A stretch of 64,000 bases of DNA from Escherichia phage PSD2002, in sequence record OK335775.1; one strand, given 5' to 3'. Every line of letters begins with the position of its first letter. The first letter of the stretch is position 1. This document shows, piece after piece, positions 29,190 to 42,762 of the stretch. The notes beneath the pieces were generated by a model that had not been told where the DNA came from, did no database searches, and was given only the letters and a program-made list of their open reading frames with translations. A program made the position numbers and the translations under genes.

Positions 29190-30763
29190 TAGAAATCCTC
29201 TTCTTCTTCATCTGGGTTTTGGAAACGAGCCTCTTTAGACTCTTCTTCAATTTGCTTAGCTTCTTGATTAATTTCTTCGTCAGTCATCTGGAGGAAATCT
29301 TTCATAGCCGTTTGATGTGAAATGTACTTACCAATAAATGGTTCGGCCATCGTTAGCATATTGATTCTGCGTTCCATGATTTCAGCATCTTTCATTTCAC
29401 TGAAATAGCTATCACGGTTAAATGTAACTTTAATATTATTTATTTCCTTTTCCCACTCATCTTCTGTAATAATCTTTTTAAGAATGAGGTTTGTTTTTAA
29501 CGGGTCTAGGAAAATTTCTTCAAATTTGTTTTGTAACTGACGAATCCATTTAGCAAATTTCAACTCATCACGAGTGATTGCTGTACCGGCATCAAACATA
29601 ACGCCTGAATTAGATTCACTAGGGATACGTGATTCTGGAATACGCAGTGCACGGTAAAGTGCTGTGCGGAAATAAAGAACGTCATCCATATCACTCATAC
29701 CAGTAGCACCTGGCATTGTATCAACTTCTGTTACCGCTTTACCGTCACGACGTTGCAACCAATAGTCTTCAGTCATGGACATATTGTGTTGTTGGTTTTT
29801 AATTTTACCTGTCGAAGCATCATACACCACACGGTTTTTCATCGTGTTCATGATATGTTGCATTTGTGCTGCAGCCTTACGTGAAGGCATATTACCTGTA
29901 TCGATATAAAACACACGACGGTCAGGAGCACGTGTAATACGGTAGATGACCATTGCGTCTTCCATCAATTTAAGCTGGTTTGCAGGCTTAATAGCACGTT
30001 GCAAATAGCCAATGATGTTTTTACCACAACAATCTAATAATCCTGAATGGGCATAAACCACAGCAGCACGAGGAATTTTAACTTTAGTCCCTGCTGAATA
30101 AATGCGTCCATCTGCGCAATAGCTTTCATGGCCTGTATCATAAACGAAAAACTCGCGATATCCGTCTACAACTTTAACACCATCTTCCATACGTGTAACG
30201 ATTTCACGAATATATTGGACTTGGCGTGGGTCTAAGCGACGAAGCTCTTGTACGCCATCTTTCATTTTTTTAGGGTTTATAATTTTATGAAAGAAAATTC
30301 TTGAGTCTACATACCAGCGTTGGAAATGGTCAGTGCCTTTACGTTGGAAATTTAAAAGGTTTAAAACGTCACTGAATTCGGCCAAGATTTTATCTTTAAT
30401 TGCTTGACTAAATTCTGTCCCGTCTAAATTCAATGCAACTACTTCTTTATCATCCTCGTAGACAATAGCGTCAGACACAATTTCCTGTACGGCGTTGTCG
30501 ACTTCATAGTTGTTCATTAAATTACGGTAGGTATCAATAAGTTCCCTGGTATTTTTAACTTCAGGCTCATTACTACCAAACATCTGTTGCATAAGAGCAT
30601 TATAAGGAATATTTTGCTCTTGTGTCTCAATTTCGCGAGCGCCATCATCAAGCTTAGGTGCGGTGACAGACTCTAAATTGTTATTAATTTGTTGTTTATA
30701 TTCTTTTTCGTCTTCATTAGCCCATGGCTTAAGAAAACTTAATATTGTATTAAAGTTTGCCAT
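29189..30763 (-). CDS. 20: portal vertex protein gp20
   Basis: 524 aa (T4 gp20 524 aa); synteny. Confidence 0.85.
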   Translation of the reverse strand: MANFNTILSFLKPWANEDEKEYKQQINNNLESVTAPKLDDGAREIETQEQNIPYNALMQQMFGSNEPEVKNTRELIDTYRNLMNNYEVDNAVQEIVSDAIVYEDDKEVVALNLDGTEFSQAIKDKILAEFSDVLNLLNFQRKGTDHFQRWYVDSRIFFHKIINPKKMKDGVQELRRLDPRQVQYIREIVTRMEDGVKVVDGYREFFVYDTGHESYCADGRIYSAGTKVKIPRAAVVYAHSGLLDCCGKNIIGYLQRAIKPANQLKLMEDAMVIYRITRAPDRRVFYIDTGNMPSRKAAAQMQHIMNTMKNRVVYDASTGKIKNQQHNMSMTEDYWLQRRDGKAVTEVDTMPGATGMSDMDDVLYFRTALYRALRIPESRIPSESNSGVMFDAGTAITRDELKFAKWIRQLQNKFEEIFLDPLKTNLILKKIITEDEWEKEINNIKVTFNRDSYFSEMKDAEIMERRINMLTMAEPFIGKYISHQTAMKDFLQMTDEEINQEAKQIEEESKEARFQNPDEEEEDF

Positions 30764-30820
30764 TAGAGTCTCCGATGAATGGGATAAGGAGCCGAAGCTC
30801 CTTGATAATTCTATTTATAC

Positions 30821-31312
30821 TCATTCCCACCAATCGATAGCGAACGTAGATTCGAAAGTTTCTACCTCGTTGTTTGAATCCCAATCCATCTGGACTTCAC
30901 CAACGTTAGTAGGCCATAAGCCGTAAATTGTAACTTCTTTGGTCACAGTCTTGCCGTCACGATGGAACTGGCGAACTACTGCTTGTTTCTTATATTCTGC
31001 AGGTGCTGCACCGGTAATTTCATTGGTCATACCATGACAGAGATTCTGCCAATCAACAATTGCCTGACGGGTGTCATGTGCATCATCGTTATAAATGGTA
31101 ATTGTCCAATCATCAAACGTACGGTCACCAGCTACGTTAATTTTACGGTTCATGTAGCCAACCGGTACTTTTTCTACAATGCCTGCCGGCATAGGTGCTG
31201 CTTTACATTTAAAGCTAAAGTTTTTACCAAGAAATGGAATTTCCACTTCGAAAAGGTTAGGGCGTGCAAAGTCACCAGATTCAAAAGCCCTAGTGATATC
31301 GGTAAGTTCCAT
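30821..31312 (-). CDS. 19: tail tube protein gp19
   Basis: 163 aa (T4 gp19 163 aa); synteny. Confidence 0.85.
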   Translation of the reverse strand: MELTDITRAFESGDFARPNLFEVEIPFLGKNFSFKCKAAPMPAGIVEKVPVGYMNRKINVAGDRTFDDWTITIYNDDAHDTRQAIVDWQNLCHGMTNEITGAAPAEYKKQAVVRQFHRDGKTVTKEVTIYGLWPTNVGEVQMDWDSNNEVETFESTFAIDWWE

Positions 31313-31497
31313 GGGATGCCTCTTAAGTCAGTTCCTGGACACACCAGGAACGTTCTGATTAATTTATTTATAACAGTTGATAAATCATATTCCTAAAGAA
31401 TAATCAATCCCAGGCGCAATTCTACGTGATGTACGCTGTAACCAAACTCATGGTATAATGGTTTTAGGTTCTTTATATTACAGCCTGGGATAATAGA

Positions 31498-33480
31498 TTA
31501 TACTAAAGGTCCAATCAATTCATCAAAATCAGCACCAGTGCTCGTTGCAACGAAGTTCAACGTGATATAATTTATCGATCTCGCCGGCTTGATGTATATA
31601 TTAGCAATAAACTCGTTACGGTCAATAACCGCAGGGGTGTTCACTGTAGTATCACAAACCACACGTCCTTCATAAATCCCACCAAGTGCCTTAATACCAT
31701 CTAAATACTGAGAAACTTCCATACGGAAGCTTGAACGAGTGAAGTTGTCGTTCAATTCAAACAGCTTATATTTAGAGGCATCACCGATATTTTTCTTAAG
31801 CATGTTGAACAGACGGCGAACGTTAATGTGGTCCATCGGAGATGGAACTTTAGTTGCAGTCTTATCACCAAACAATACGAAACCATCACCACCAGCAAAA
31901 CCAACAACTGGGTTAATAGCTTCCTGGTACATGCGGTCACGTTGTGCTTGACGTGGTTCAATTGCCAATTTCAGAACGTTAAGAATCTGGCCACGGTTAT
32001 AACCTGCCGGAGACATCCAAGGCTGAGAAACATCATCAGTACGTGCACACAAACCAGCCATATCAGCGGCCAGAGGCACCCAACGGTTTACGTCATTATA
32101 TTTGTCATACTGATATTTATAGTTACCGTCAATAGCAGCATAAGTGGTGCTAATGTTCATGTTGTTGGCATCGAAAGTACCTGCACCGGTACGCCAGTCG
32201 ATAAGGTTATCTACTGCACGAGTCAATGGAACGTTAACCAACAGACCTTTAGGAGGAGAAATAAATGCCAAGCAATCCTGACGTTCATCAGCAATGCTCA
32301 CAACATGTTTCTGGACGGTCGAAGCAACTTCGTCACCTTCACCGGCAACAGCACCTGCAATAAGAAGGTTGATGTGTAATGCTTCACGGTCGGCAAACAA
32401 ATCCCAACCCTGCATCAAATCACCTGCAGTAACCTGGTCGTTAGCAGAAACACCGCCCATCAGATTAATGATACCACTGAAGCCTTTAGGCCAGTTCAGC
32501 GAGGTAGCGAAGATATAGTTCGAAGTACCTTTAGCGAAATAGTCATCAAGATAAATGTTATTACCGTAAACGTCTTTTTCGCCTTCTTTGGTAGAAAGTA
32601 CGACGGATTCTACGATTGCACCGTCACGGCGAACAATAATAGCATATTGGTCTTCTGTTTGAGGGCCGTAGTTGAATACCGCTTTAGCAACAGAAGCACG
32701 CGTACCACCATTTGGATAAATATCCAACATTTTAGTAGAACCTGCATCATAAGCTGCTTTAGAAACAATTTCAACTTCCAGAGTACTACCAATTTCACCA
32801 GGATAAAGAGCGACCACGCCTGGCATAGCGAATTGTTTAAGGGACGCCTGGAATTCCAGAGAAGTTATCGCTTCTTGACTATTCTCTGCTTCGGTCAACA
32901 GAATACCTGAATCGGTTACAATTTTACCAACAGTAATGGTACCGGAAACACCGGAAGAGGCAGAAGTAACTTCAGCAGTCCATGCTGGTCCAAGGTCAGG
33001 ATATTGATTGATAGAACGGGCATAAGAAATAATCTTGGCCGTAGGAATAAACACCGATAGAATTTTACCGTCTGTATCAACCGAAGTTACACGCCCTTCA
33101 GATTCGACTACAGTTTGGTTATGTTTAATATTGATTTTATCGCCTACAGCATAGTTAGAACCTGCAGTAGTAATAGTGGTTTGGACGTTACCTGCTACCG
33201 GAGATGCGTTTTTAGCAAACTCACGACTAACAACACGAACTGTACGAAGGTCGTTACCGTACTGGAGGAAGTTCATACCAGACATAAAATAATCTGCTAC
33301 TTCGTTATTAGGGCCTCCAAACAAATCCACCAGTTCAACTTCGTTAGTAATTTGAGTTACCTGGAAAGCAGGGCCCCACTGGAATTTACCAACCAGCGCT
33401 GCACGACCCGTTGCGTTACGAACGACAGTACTCTGTACGGACGTTTCTTTGAGCTCAATGCCCGGTGATAATAAAGCCAT
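31498..33480 (-). CDS. 18: tail sheath protein gp18
   Basis: 660 aa (T4 gp18 659 aa); late promoter (complement of 33510-33517) upstream. Confidence 0.9.
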   Translation of the reverse strand: MALLSPGIELKETSVQSTVVRNATGRAALVGKFQWGPAFQVTQITNEVELVDLFGGPNNEVADYFMSGMNFLQYGNDLRTVRVVSREFAKNASPVAGNVQTTITTAGSNYAVGDKINIKHNQTVVESEGRVTSVDTDGKILSVFIPTAKIISYARSINQYPDLGPAWTAEVTSASSGVSGTITVGKIVTDSGILLTEAENSQEAITSLEFQASLKQFAMPGVVALYPGEIGSTLEVEIVSKAAYDAGSTKMLDIYPNGGTRASVAKAVFNYGPQTEDQYAIIVRRDGAIVESVVLSTKEGEKDVYGNNIYLDDYFAKGTSNYIFATSLNWPKGFSGIINLMGGVSANDQVTAGDLMQGWDLFADREALHINLLIAGAVAGEGDEVASTVQKHVVSIADERQDCLAFISPPKGLLVNVPLTRAVDNLIDWRTGAGTFDANNMNISTTYAAIDGNYKYQYDKYNDVNRWVPLAADMAGLCARTDDVSQPWMSPAGYNRGQILNVLKLAIEPRQAQRDRMYQEAINPVVGFAGGDGFVLFGDKTATKVPSPMDHINVRRLFNMLKKNIGDASKYKLFELNDNFTRSSFRMEVSQYLDGIKALGGIYEGRVVCDTTVNTPAVIDRNEFIANIYIKPARSINYITLNFVATSTGADFDELIGPLV

Positions 33481-33512
33481 TTTGAATCCTCTTGGTTATG
33501 CTTTATTGTTAT

Positions 33513-35819
<2,307 letters not shown>

Positions 35820-35823
<4 letters not shown>

Positions 35824-36686
35824 GGGTTTCTCCTTGGTGCTGGAGGCGCTGGCTCGACAGGCACTGGAATATCTTGTGAATATGTTTGAACGGAACTTCC
35901 ATCCCATTCTTTTTCTTCTACACCTCTAGGAACCACTTCGCTATCAACCGATTCAAAATTACCTTCGGGAGCGAGTTCCTTTGAGTTAGCAAAGAAATCA
36001 AGATAAATGGTTTTAATTTCGCCTTCCATTTCTTTAACCGGAGGATATAACCATCCGTTAACCTCAAACATCATAGACCATTCTAAGCGACGACGTGAAG
36101 TGGTATCGCCTTCTAATTGTTCGTCCATTGCAATAGACTGGAACACAATACGAATATCACGGTCAAATTTAATTTCGTTTGTATAGAGTTCAGTGATTGT
36201 TGTATTAAAGTGAGGTTGGAAATAAGGCATAATCTGTTCCACAATTTGGAACATATCATCTTGGGTTCTAGTGTAAATACCCAGTTCGAAAATCATTTTA
36301 ACCGGAGTAGGAGAATATTGGCTGACACGCTTACGTGGGTCGCCATTCTCAAATTGAATTTGTGTTCTGTTTTGAAGGGCTGTTTTATATTGTGAGTTGT
36401 AAAGCATATCAACCATTTGGAGGTTCATACGCGGAAGAACTGTTTCCACTTTAGCTTTTTGTTCGGCCCGTTCTTTAGCTGTCATATTAGGATTTGGAAT
36501 ATTCTGTACTGCCGTCCATTTACCTAAGTTAGCCATAAATCTTTCTTTAGAAGCATATGTAATAGGAACCTTAATAAATTTAAGTCCTGTATCTTCTCTT
36601 TGACGTGCTACTTGAACATGGGAAAATAAATCACCCATCAAAACAATATAGCGACGTAGCGAACTATTATACCAATGTCCAAACAT
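35820..36686 (-). CDS. 15: tail sheath stabilizer / tail terminator gp15
   Basis: Track start codon reads TTG followed by ATG; ATG with AGGAGG RBS taken as start; 288 aa; synteny. Confidence 0.8.
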
Positions 36687-36725
36687 CAAACCTCCTAAAA
36701 TGGCGCACCATGCGCCATGTATTAT

Positions 36726-37499
36726 TTAATCATCTAAAAAAGCATCATCAAATGCTGTAGGAGGAGCATCCTCTCCTCGTCCATTAATTACAACATAAGG
36801 ATGTACGAATTCCGCCGCTTCAGCATTAATCTCATTGACCTCTTCATATTGAATGTCTGAGATATCCGCCAATCCGTCGATATTCTTAACAGGCATTAAA
36901 TCAAGCTCACTAAACTCAGGAATATTAATACCTTCATTTCTCTGTAATTCGGGACGAAGTTCTTCACCATTGTAAATGAACTTGGTAGCAGTGATGCGAC
37001 GCTGGACGTTAGCTCCTACTTGATAGAATGGGTCATAAGGTTGTACCCAGTTAATTTCGAATAGGCTGTTGTCCATTGGGAAATAAATCAAATCGCCTGA
37101 AACAGGTTCAGTGCCATTGCATTGATGTTTAAAAAGGTTAGGGTTAATTGTGATTGTTACTTCATCATTAACCATCATACCTAACTTACTGAAATAAGTA
37201 TTGTCACCGGAATAACCTTCAAAGGAATCTAAATAACCTGCAAATTTCCAGGCTTTAGTAAATTTGTTCTGAAGGTCTTCGCCAAATAGCTGGTCTGGAT
37301 TAACGTATTCACGTGGTATATAATAAAGCTCAATACCACGCATTTGAATAGACTCAGCAACTAAAGCATCAGCCAATGTTTGGGTATTCTCATGCTTGTA
37401 GAAGTTGACAAAGGGATTGAGAATTTCGGCTTCGTTCGTATTAGCGTAACCTGTATTATTTTCTAGTTTGGCAAATAAACTCGAATCGAAAGTAGCCAT
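36726..37499 (-). CDS. 14: neck protein gp14
   Basis: 257 aa (T4 gp14 256 aa); synteny. Confidence 0.75.
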   Translation of the reverse strand: MATFDSSLFAKLENNTGYANTNEAEILNPFVNFYKHENTQTLADALVAESIQMRGIELYYIPREYVNPDQLFGEDLQNKFTKAWKFAGYLDSFEGYSGDNTYFSKLGMMVNDEVTITINPNLFKHQCNGTEPVSGDLIYFPMDNSLFEINWVQPYDPFYQVGANVQRRITATKFIYNGEELRPELQRNEGINIPEFSELDLMPVKNIDGLADISDIQYEEVNEINAEAAEFVHPYVVINGRGEDAPPTAFDDAFLDD

Positions 37500-37501
37500 A
37501 A

Positions 37502-38437
37502 TTATCCAATTAAAATAGGTGTTGGTGGGTCGAGTAAATCTAATTCTTCGCGAAGGCGTTCTTTTTCTAAACGGGCTTCTTCAATCAATCGAATACCGTC
37601 TACAGTGGTTCCACCTGCAAGTTGCATGCCTTGGTGTTTGGCCAAAATATTACCATTGACTTCTTTAACCAATGCCGTGGCATAATCTTTGACCCAACGG
37701 TTATTATATGAACCATCTTGCAAACCAAGGTCTTCACCTGCTCTCATACCTGAAATACGACGAGCCGGGTTGTCCCAAATAGCTCCGGGGCTCCATTCAT
37801 TTTCGTCGCACCCACCAGAGGCATATCCATATCCTGCGGTATTTCCTACCATAGAATCGACCCCATTAAAAGAGCGAGTATAAACTTCAATTACAATAAA
37901 ATCGCCTTTAACAAAGTTACCCATTACCTTCAACTGCTCAGTGGCATCGTTATACCAATAATCAGGCAATGGAACCAAAAGGTCTTGCATCATAGAACGA
38001 TATTGCATTAATTGTGTAAAATAACCAAGGTCAGCACCGAAGGCATTAGGTCCAAAGCTATTACAAGAAGTTCCAAGACCACCATTAATACCGGCTAAAC
38101 CCAATACAAAATCAGTAAACCATGGATAAGTCGCTTGACCGTCCATAGATGTTAAAGAACCCACATTGGTTCTTAAAATTTGTGTCACCGCAAATATATT
38201 ACGACCTTTAAGGTCAAATACGCCGTTACGGAATTTTTCTTCGTCATCATGGCCTATATAAAAAGCCTGATAACCTTTGTTATAGCCGTTATAATGATAC
38301 TCACCGTAGAGCTCCAGGGCGCGCTGGATGCAATCGTATACTTGGTCTGTAGTTACTTCAATATTCGTAATCGGTGCACCCAGGCGGCGCAGGATTGCGT
38401 CCTTGAGTTGCTTAGGGTTATATGATTCACTTGCCAT
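37502..38437 (-). CDS. 13: neck protein gp13
   Basis: 311 aa (T4 gp13 309 aa); N-terminal region ([21 protein letters not shown]...[14 protein letters not shown]) resembles T4 gp13. Confidence 0.8.
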   Translation of the reverse strand: MASESYNPKQLKDAILRRLGAPITNIEVTTDQVYDCIQRALELYGEYHYNGYNKGYQAFYIGHDDEEKFRNGVFDLKGRNIFAVTQILRTNVGSLTSMDGQATYPWFTDFVLGLAGINGGLGTSCNSFGPNAFGADLGYFTQLMQYRSMMQDLLVPLPDYWYNDATEQLKVMGNFVKGDFIVIEVYTRSFNGVDSMVGNTAGYGYASGGCDENEWSPGAIWDNPARRISGMRAGEDLGLQDGSYNNRWVKDYATALVKEVNGNILAKHQGMQLAGGTTVDGIRLIEEARLEKERLREELDLLDPPTPILIG

Positions 38438-38458
38438 GGTTTATTCCTCTAATAACCG

Positions 38459-38489
38459 TATTTATAGCAAAAAAGGGCCGAAGCCCTTT
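38459..38489 (-). promoter_or_regulatory. terminator hairpin after wac followed by late promoter TATAAATA for gene 13
   Basis: Reverse strand reads AAAGGGC-TTCG-GCCCTTTTTT, then TATAAATA (complement of 38459-38466) 21 nt before the gp13 ATG. Confidence 0.55.
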
Positions 38490-38491
38490 TA

Positions 38492-40561
38492 TTATGGTGC
38501 TGGGTTTAAAGTCACAAAATCTGACAATAGCACCCACGCATTATCAACAAGAACATATGGAAGTCCATCAGCAACTGGAGCCGCTGGTGGACGTTTACCA
38601 AGTTCAGTTTCTAGTGCAGTGATTTTAGCTTCAGCCGCAGTTAAACGGGTTCCTAAATCAGCAACTTTATCAGATTCAACTTTAACAGCAGCTAAACCTG
38701 TTTCAAGAGTACCAACTTCACCTTCAACTGTAGTGACTCGGACGGTCAAAGGAGCTATTTTAGCAGTGTCCAATTTAATATCAGCAATTTCACCTTCATT
38801 AGCAGCTACTCGTCCAGTTAAAGTAACGATATCGCCTTTGTTCTTAGTTATATCAGCTTTAATAGGAGTTAATTGTGATTCTATAGAACTCACATCTAAG
38901 GCCAAAGCAGTAACATCAGAATCAGTGGTATCGGTTTTAGATTCAAGTGCCGTTATTTTTCCATTAACGGTAACATCACTTTCTTCTAAAGCTGTGATAC
39001 GACTATCTTGCTCGGTGTCTTTAGATTTTAACAAAACGATATCGGCTTTAATTTCTCCTACTGAAGTGTTTAAAGCTCCGGTACGTGTATCAAGAGAAGA
39101 AATTGAAGCATCATTATCGTCGACTCTAGAAGTTAAGGCAGTTACTTTACCATTGGTAACAACTAAATCAGCCTTAATAGATTCTATTTCTGTAGAGTTA
39201 TTGAGAACTTCGGTCCATGTAGCATTACGACGAGCATAAAGCTTACCATCGGAAGGAGCATCATTTAACTTACCTAACATCTGGGTTTCTAAAGAAGTAA
39301 CCGCATTAATAAGACCACGTTCTTCTACAGTAGCACCGTTAGGGTTTGTCCCATCAACCTTATTGGTGAGTTTAAGTAAAGTACCCTTAATACCAGATTG
39401 GTTATTCCCAATTTCTACTTGAATATCCTGGATAGATGAAGTAGATTGGTTTGCTTGGATAATAACGTCATTTAAACGCTTATTAATGGTCCCAGCTGCC
39501 GGAGATACTTCACTACCTAAACGGCGGTTGATATCAGTAACTTGGAAACGTAAGCCATCACTTGAACTAACACCCACTATGGTTTTAAGGTCATTTACAT
39601 CAGTACGAAGACCGCTTAAACGTCCATTAATAGAAGTAGGAGTTGATTCAGAACCTATTTGGGTTTCAATTGATGTTACACGAGGTTTTAAATCAACGTT
39701 GACTGAATTTTCTAGGGTAAGAGTTTTGCTTTCTAAAGTAGTTACTCGGTCCTTTATAGGCATACCGGAGAAATCAATATTAGTCTTAATTTCGTCGATA
39801 GATGTATTGAAATTAATTGCAGCCGTTTCTAATACAGAAATTCGGGTATAAGCCTGTTGTTTACCTACCGTATCGGAATGGGGCCCGAGTTCAGCACGAA
39901 TTTCATTTAATTTAATACCTAGTTGCCCGACGTCAGAATCTTCATAATTCCTTTCAAGGGTATCAATGCGAAGACGATGGTCGACCAATTGAGTGGTATT
40001 ATCAATGATGCGACGTTTCATACCGGTGGCTTCGCTGGTTTCACCAGGAGGCAACGGATTACCATTTATATCCCGGTTTTCATAATGACCTATTTCGGTT
40101 TTAAGAAGAACAATATTTTCACGTACAGTTAAATATGGGCCATCTTGTAAAGGGTCATGGTAACCAACGTCTTCTTTTAGGTGGTCTAAATTTATGGTTA
40201 AATTGTTTAGCCCAGTAGTGGTTTCGCCTTCTACTCTCTTAAGCTCTACGATATCAACACGGTTTTTCTCAATTTGTTGGATGACGGAAATATCCGTAGC
40301 CATTTCTAAGGCATCATTGATATTATTAACGTTTTCTACCAGTTCGTTAACTTTATCTGCGGTTTTCAAATCATTCGCATCAAGAGCTTCAACGTTTTTC
40401 TGAACTCCTAAAGCAGCAGCGTTCAAATTACCTTCATTGCCGTATTTTGTTTTTGCTGCAGACATACAATCACCCTCGCGTATCCATTGGATACGCTTTT
40501 GAGGAGCATCAGGTACGCCGTCAACAAATGGTAACTCACTAAGTTCCAATTTGTTAATCAT
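38492..40561 (-). CDS. wac: fibritin (whisker antigen control), extended coiled-coil
   Basis: 689 aa versus 487 aa in T4; segmented coiled-coil; C-terminal foldon-like GLPYVLVDNAWVLLSDF. Confidence 0.8.
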   Translation of the reverse strand: MINKLELSELPFVDGVPDAPQKRIQWIREGDCMSAAKTKYGNEGNLNAAALGVQKNVEALDANDLKTADKVNELVENVNNINDALEMATDISVIQQIEKNRVDIVELKRVEGETTTGLNNLTINLDHLKEDVGYHDPLQDGPYLTVRENIVLLKTEIGHYENRDINGNPLPPGETSEATGMKRRIIDNTTQLVDHRLRIDTLERNYEDSDVGQLGIKLNEIRAELGPHSDTVGKQQAYTRISVLETAAINFNTSIDEIKTNIDFSGMPIKDRVTTLESKTLTLENSVNVDLKPRVTSIETQIGSESTPTSINGRLSGLRTDVNDLKTIVGVSSSDGLRFQVTDINRRLGSEVSPAAGTINKRLNDVIIQANQSTSSIQDIQVEIGNNQSGIKGTLLKLTNKVDGTNPNGATVEERGLINAVTSLETQMLGKLNDAPSDGKLYARRNATWTEVLNNSTEIESIKADLVVTNGKVTALTSRVDDNDASISSLDTRTGALNTSVGEIKADIVLLKSKDTEQDSRITALEESDVTVNGKITALESKTDTTDSDVTALALDVSSIESQLTPIKADITKNKGDIVTLTGRVAANEGEIADIKLDTAKIAPLTVRVTTVEGEVGTLETGLAAVKVESDKVADLGTRLTAAEAKITALETELGKRPPAAPVADGLPYVLVDNAWVLLSDFVTLNPAP

Positions 40562-40570
40562 TTTTTACCC

Positions 40571-42097
40571 TTATTCTACTTTAATAATAAAAAGAACGGA
40601 CATTGTCCATGGACGTGTTTCGTTGGCAATAAGACCTTCACTATTCAATGTGGTATGTCCATCACGGTTCCAAGGATCGGTGGTCTCAAAACCTTCGTTG
40701 GTATAATAACTACGGTTATCCCAGTCAAGGCCTTTACGAGTACCAACATATCCGGAGTTAGCGGTGTTACCAAAAGCGCCATAGTTATCATGTTCACCAA
40801 AACCACCAGCATGTTTATGATAACGTAATGCTTGGGCTTGAACGGAAGATTGCGGGAAAGAACCAACACCATTACCTAAACGGGCTTTACCTTTACCGTC
40901 TTCTCCTCGGTTACCGGCAATATGCGGGTTAACTTCGCCTTCAGAATATCCACCGACCATGTTAGCGCCACGAGGATATAATCCACGGAAATCTGGAATA
41001 GCACCCCACCATCCCCAACGCCCACCAACAGCATTTAAATATGCTCCACCAGTGTAAGTCCCACCTACACAAGCACGCCATTTACCAGGTATATTACCTT
41101 CATTGCCACCCCACATGCAAATAGTACCCACCGGAACGCTATCTGATAATTGGTCATGGGTAACAACATCAACACCATTACGACGTAATGCTCCATTAAC
41201 GTTTAAAGTACCCCATATTTCGCCGCCTGAAGTAGAAATAACGTTAGCATTATAAGCCAGCGCCGTATTACCATCGCCTTGGCCTACAGTAGTAGATAAA
41301 CGAACCAACCCAATACGTCCAGTATTACCTGTACGAGCTAACAAAGAAGCCGGTGTAACTGCGGCGGTATGGTCGGTACCATTAGATACCATATCCCAAC
41401 CTGCGAGTTTAATAATACCGCTTCGTTCTTCGGTGGAAGTTAATGTGGCTAATCCTGCCGGAGAAATAGCGATACCTACCGAAAGACTTCCATTACCAAC
41501 CTCTGCATTGGTCGCTAAACGAACTAAACCTTCATTTGTAGTCGTTGCTGTAGAATAAACCGGTAACGCGGCCGTCGCTGCACCAATTGCCTGAGATACT
41601 TTAAGTGGGGTCATTGCTGTGGTATCATCGGTACCAGCTAATGCGGCAGGTGTAGTTGAAATCTTGATAACGCCTGTGGCGTTCTCTGTTGATAAACGGT
41701 TCTCAAATGTATAATCCATTACCGCTTTCAAAGAAGTTGCTACGATTGCAGCCTGGGGCTCTGTGCCTGCTATAGCTTCAGCGTTAGTAGCATAACGGGT
41801 GATACCTACATAAGTTTCTGTTGCCTGAGTAGGAATATCTAAACGGGCTTTTAAAGTTGCCGGTGTCACTGCACTATAAGCATCCAGACCATCCATTACT
41901 TCTTGTGTTGTGGCAAGACGAATAATGCCTTGGGACGTTTCTGTAGCTGAAGGAACATTACCTGTGACGCCGATTAATGAAATAGTTGCCAATGCTTCTT
42001 GAACATTAGTAATATCAGGCGGGAAATTCGACCCAGTAGGGTCGAATGATTTGAATTCCGATTTATCACTAATGTGTTTTAGTGTGTTTGTTGACAT
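40571..42097 (-). CDS. 12: short tail fiber gp12
   Basis: 508 aa; N-terminus and C-terminal receptor-binding region (YHKHAGGFGEHD..GAFGNT...VGTRKGLDWDNRSY.TN.G...L...L..NETRPW) closely resemble T4 gp12. Confidence 0.9.
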   Translation of the reverse strand: MSTNTLKHISDKSEFKSFDPTGSNFPPDITNVQEALATISLIGVTGNVPSATETSQGIIRLATTQEVMDGLDAYSAVTPATLKARLDIPTQATETYVGITRYATNAEAIAGTEPQAAIVATSLKAVMDYTFENRLSTENATGVIKISTTPAALAGTDDTTAMTPLKVSQAIGAATAALPVYSTATTTNEGLVRLATNAEVGNGSLSVGIAISPAGLATLTSTEERSGIIKLAGWDMVSNGTDHTAAVTPASLLARTGNTGRIGLVRLSTTVGQGDGNTALAYNANVISTSGGEIWGTLNVNGALRRNGVDVVTHDQLSDSVPVGTICMWGGNEGNIPGKWRACVGGTYTGGAYLNAVGGRWGWWGAIPDFRGLYPRGANMVGGYSEGEVNPHIAGNRGEDGKGKARLGNGVGSFPQSSVQAQALRYHKHAGGFGEHDNYGAFGNTANSGYVGTRKGLDWDNRSYYTNEGFETTDPWNRDGHTTLNSEGLIANETRPWTMSVLFIIKVE

Positions 42098-42762
42098 TAA
42101 TATAATCTCTTATAGTAATATAAAGGAATCGTGCCGTTAACTGTACCACCTGCTAACGATTGGGTAGAGTTACCTAAGTATTCCCACTTACCGTATCCAG
42201 CCCTTGGCTGTTGGACTATAGTATGGGAAATTGTACAACCCGATTGTTTATATGGTGAAAAAATATGATTCTGATAGTCATTGTATTTAATATTCAAGGT
42301 AGATTGGTCTAAGGCATCAATAGCAGTTTCGGCCAAAATATAGCTATTAGCAATAGCGTCTAAAAACACATCATTTACTTTAGATGCAACCAATACAGAT
42401 GAATCGCCAACTAAGACCTCTACAGGAAGTCCGAACACTTTAATAATAACCGGGTCGCCAAGTTCACCGCCTGAAGAAATAGAACCGGTAAATGTAATTT
42501 TATCAGATTGCTGGATAAATCCAGGTGCTCTGTTTTCTGTGGTAATAATAACAGAGTTCACAGGAAGCTCTGTTCTAAATGCAATATCATCTATTGCACT
42601 TTGGACCGTAGGAAAATAAACACCCTTCTGGGTTTGGTTTGCAGAAGGACCACCAATAGGACGTTGGTCAGCGACAGCAGTAGGCTTGTCACTAGTGTAA
42701 GATAATTCCAAATAATCGGCTAAGCGGGATTTTAACCCGCTTTTCATTTCAGTTAAAGTCAT
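42097..42762 (-). CDS. 11: baseplate wedge / short-fiber attachment gp11
   Basis: 221 aa (T4 gp11 219 aa); synteny. Confidence 0.75.
   Translation of the reverse strand: MTLTEMKSGLKSRLADYLELSYTSDKPTAVADQRPIGGPSANQTQKGVYFPTVQSAIDDIAFRTELPVNSVIITTENRAPGFIQQSDKITFTGSISSGGELGDPVIIKVFGLPVEVLVGDSSVLVASKVNDVFLDAIANSYILAETAIDALDQSTLNIKYNDYQNHIFSPYKQSGCTISHTIVQQPRAGYGKWEYLGNSTQSLAGGTVNGTIPLYYYKRLY

Noticed and set aside
28942-29238. 98-aa Ser-rich + strand ORF antisense to gp67 and gp20
   Set aside because: Mirror of the acidic gp67 coding sequence; no start context
31828-32379. 183-aa + strand ORF inside the tail sheath gene
   Set aside because: Antisense to gp18; no RBS; composition unlike the real genes
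38328-39239. 303-aa + strand ORF, Ser/Ala-rich, antisense to gp13 and wac
   Set aside because: Low-complexity translation of the reverse strand of a coiled-coil gene; no RBS or promoter
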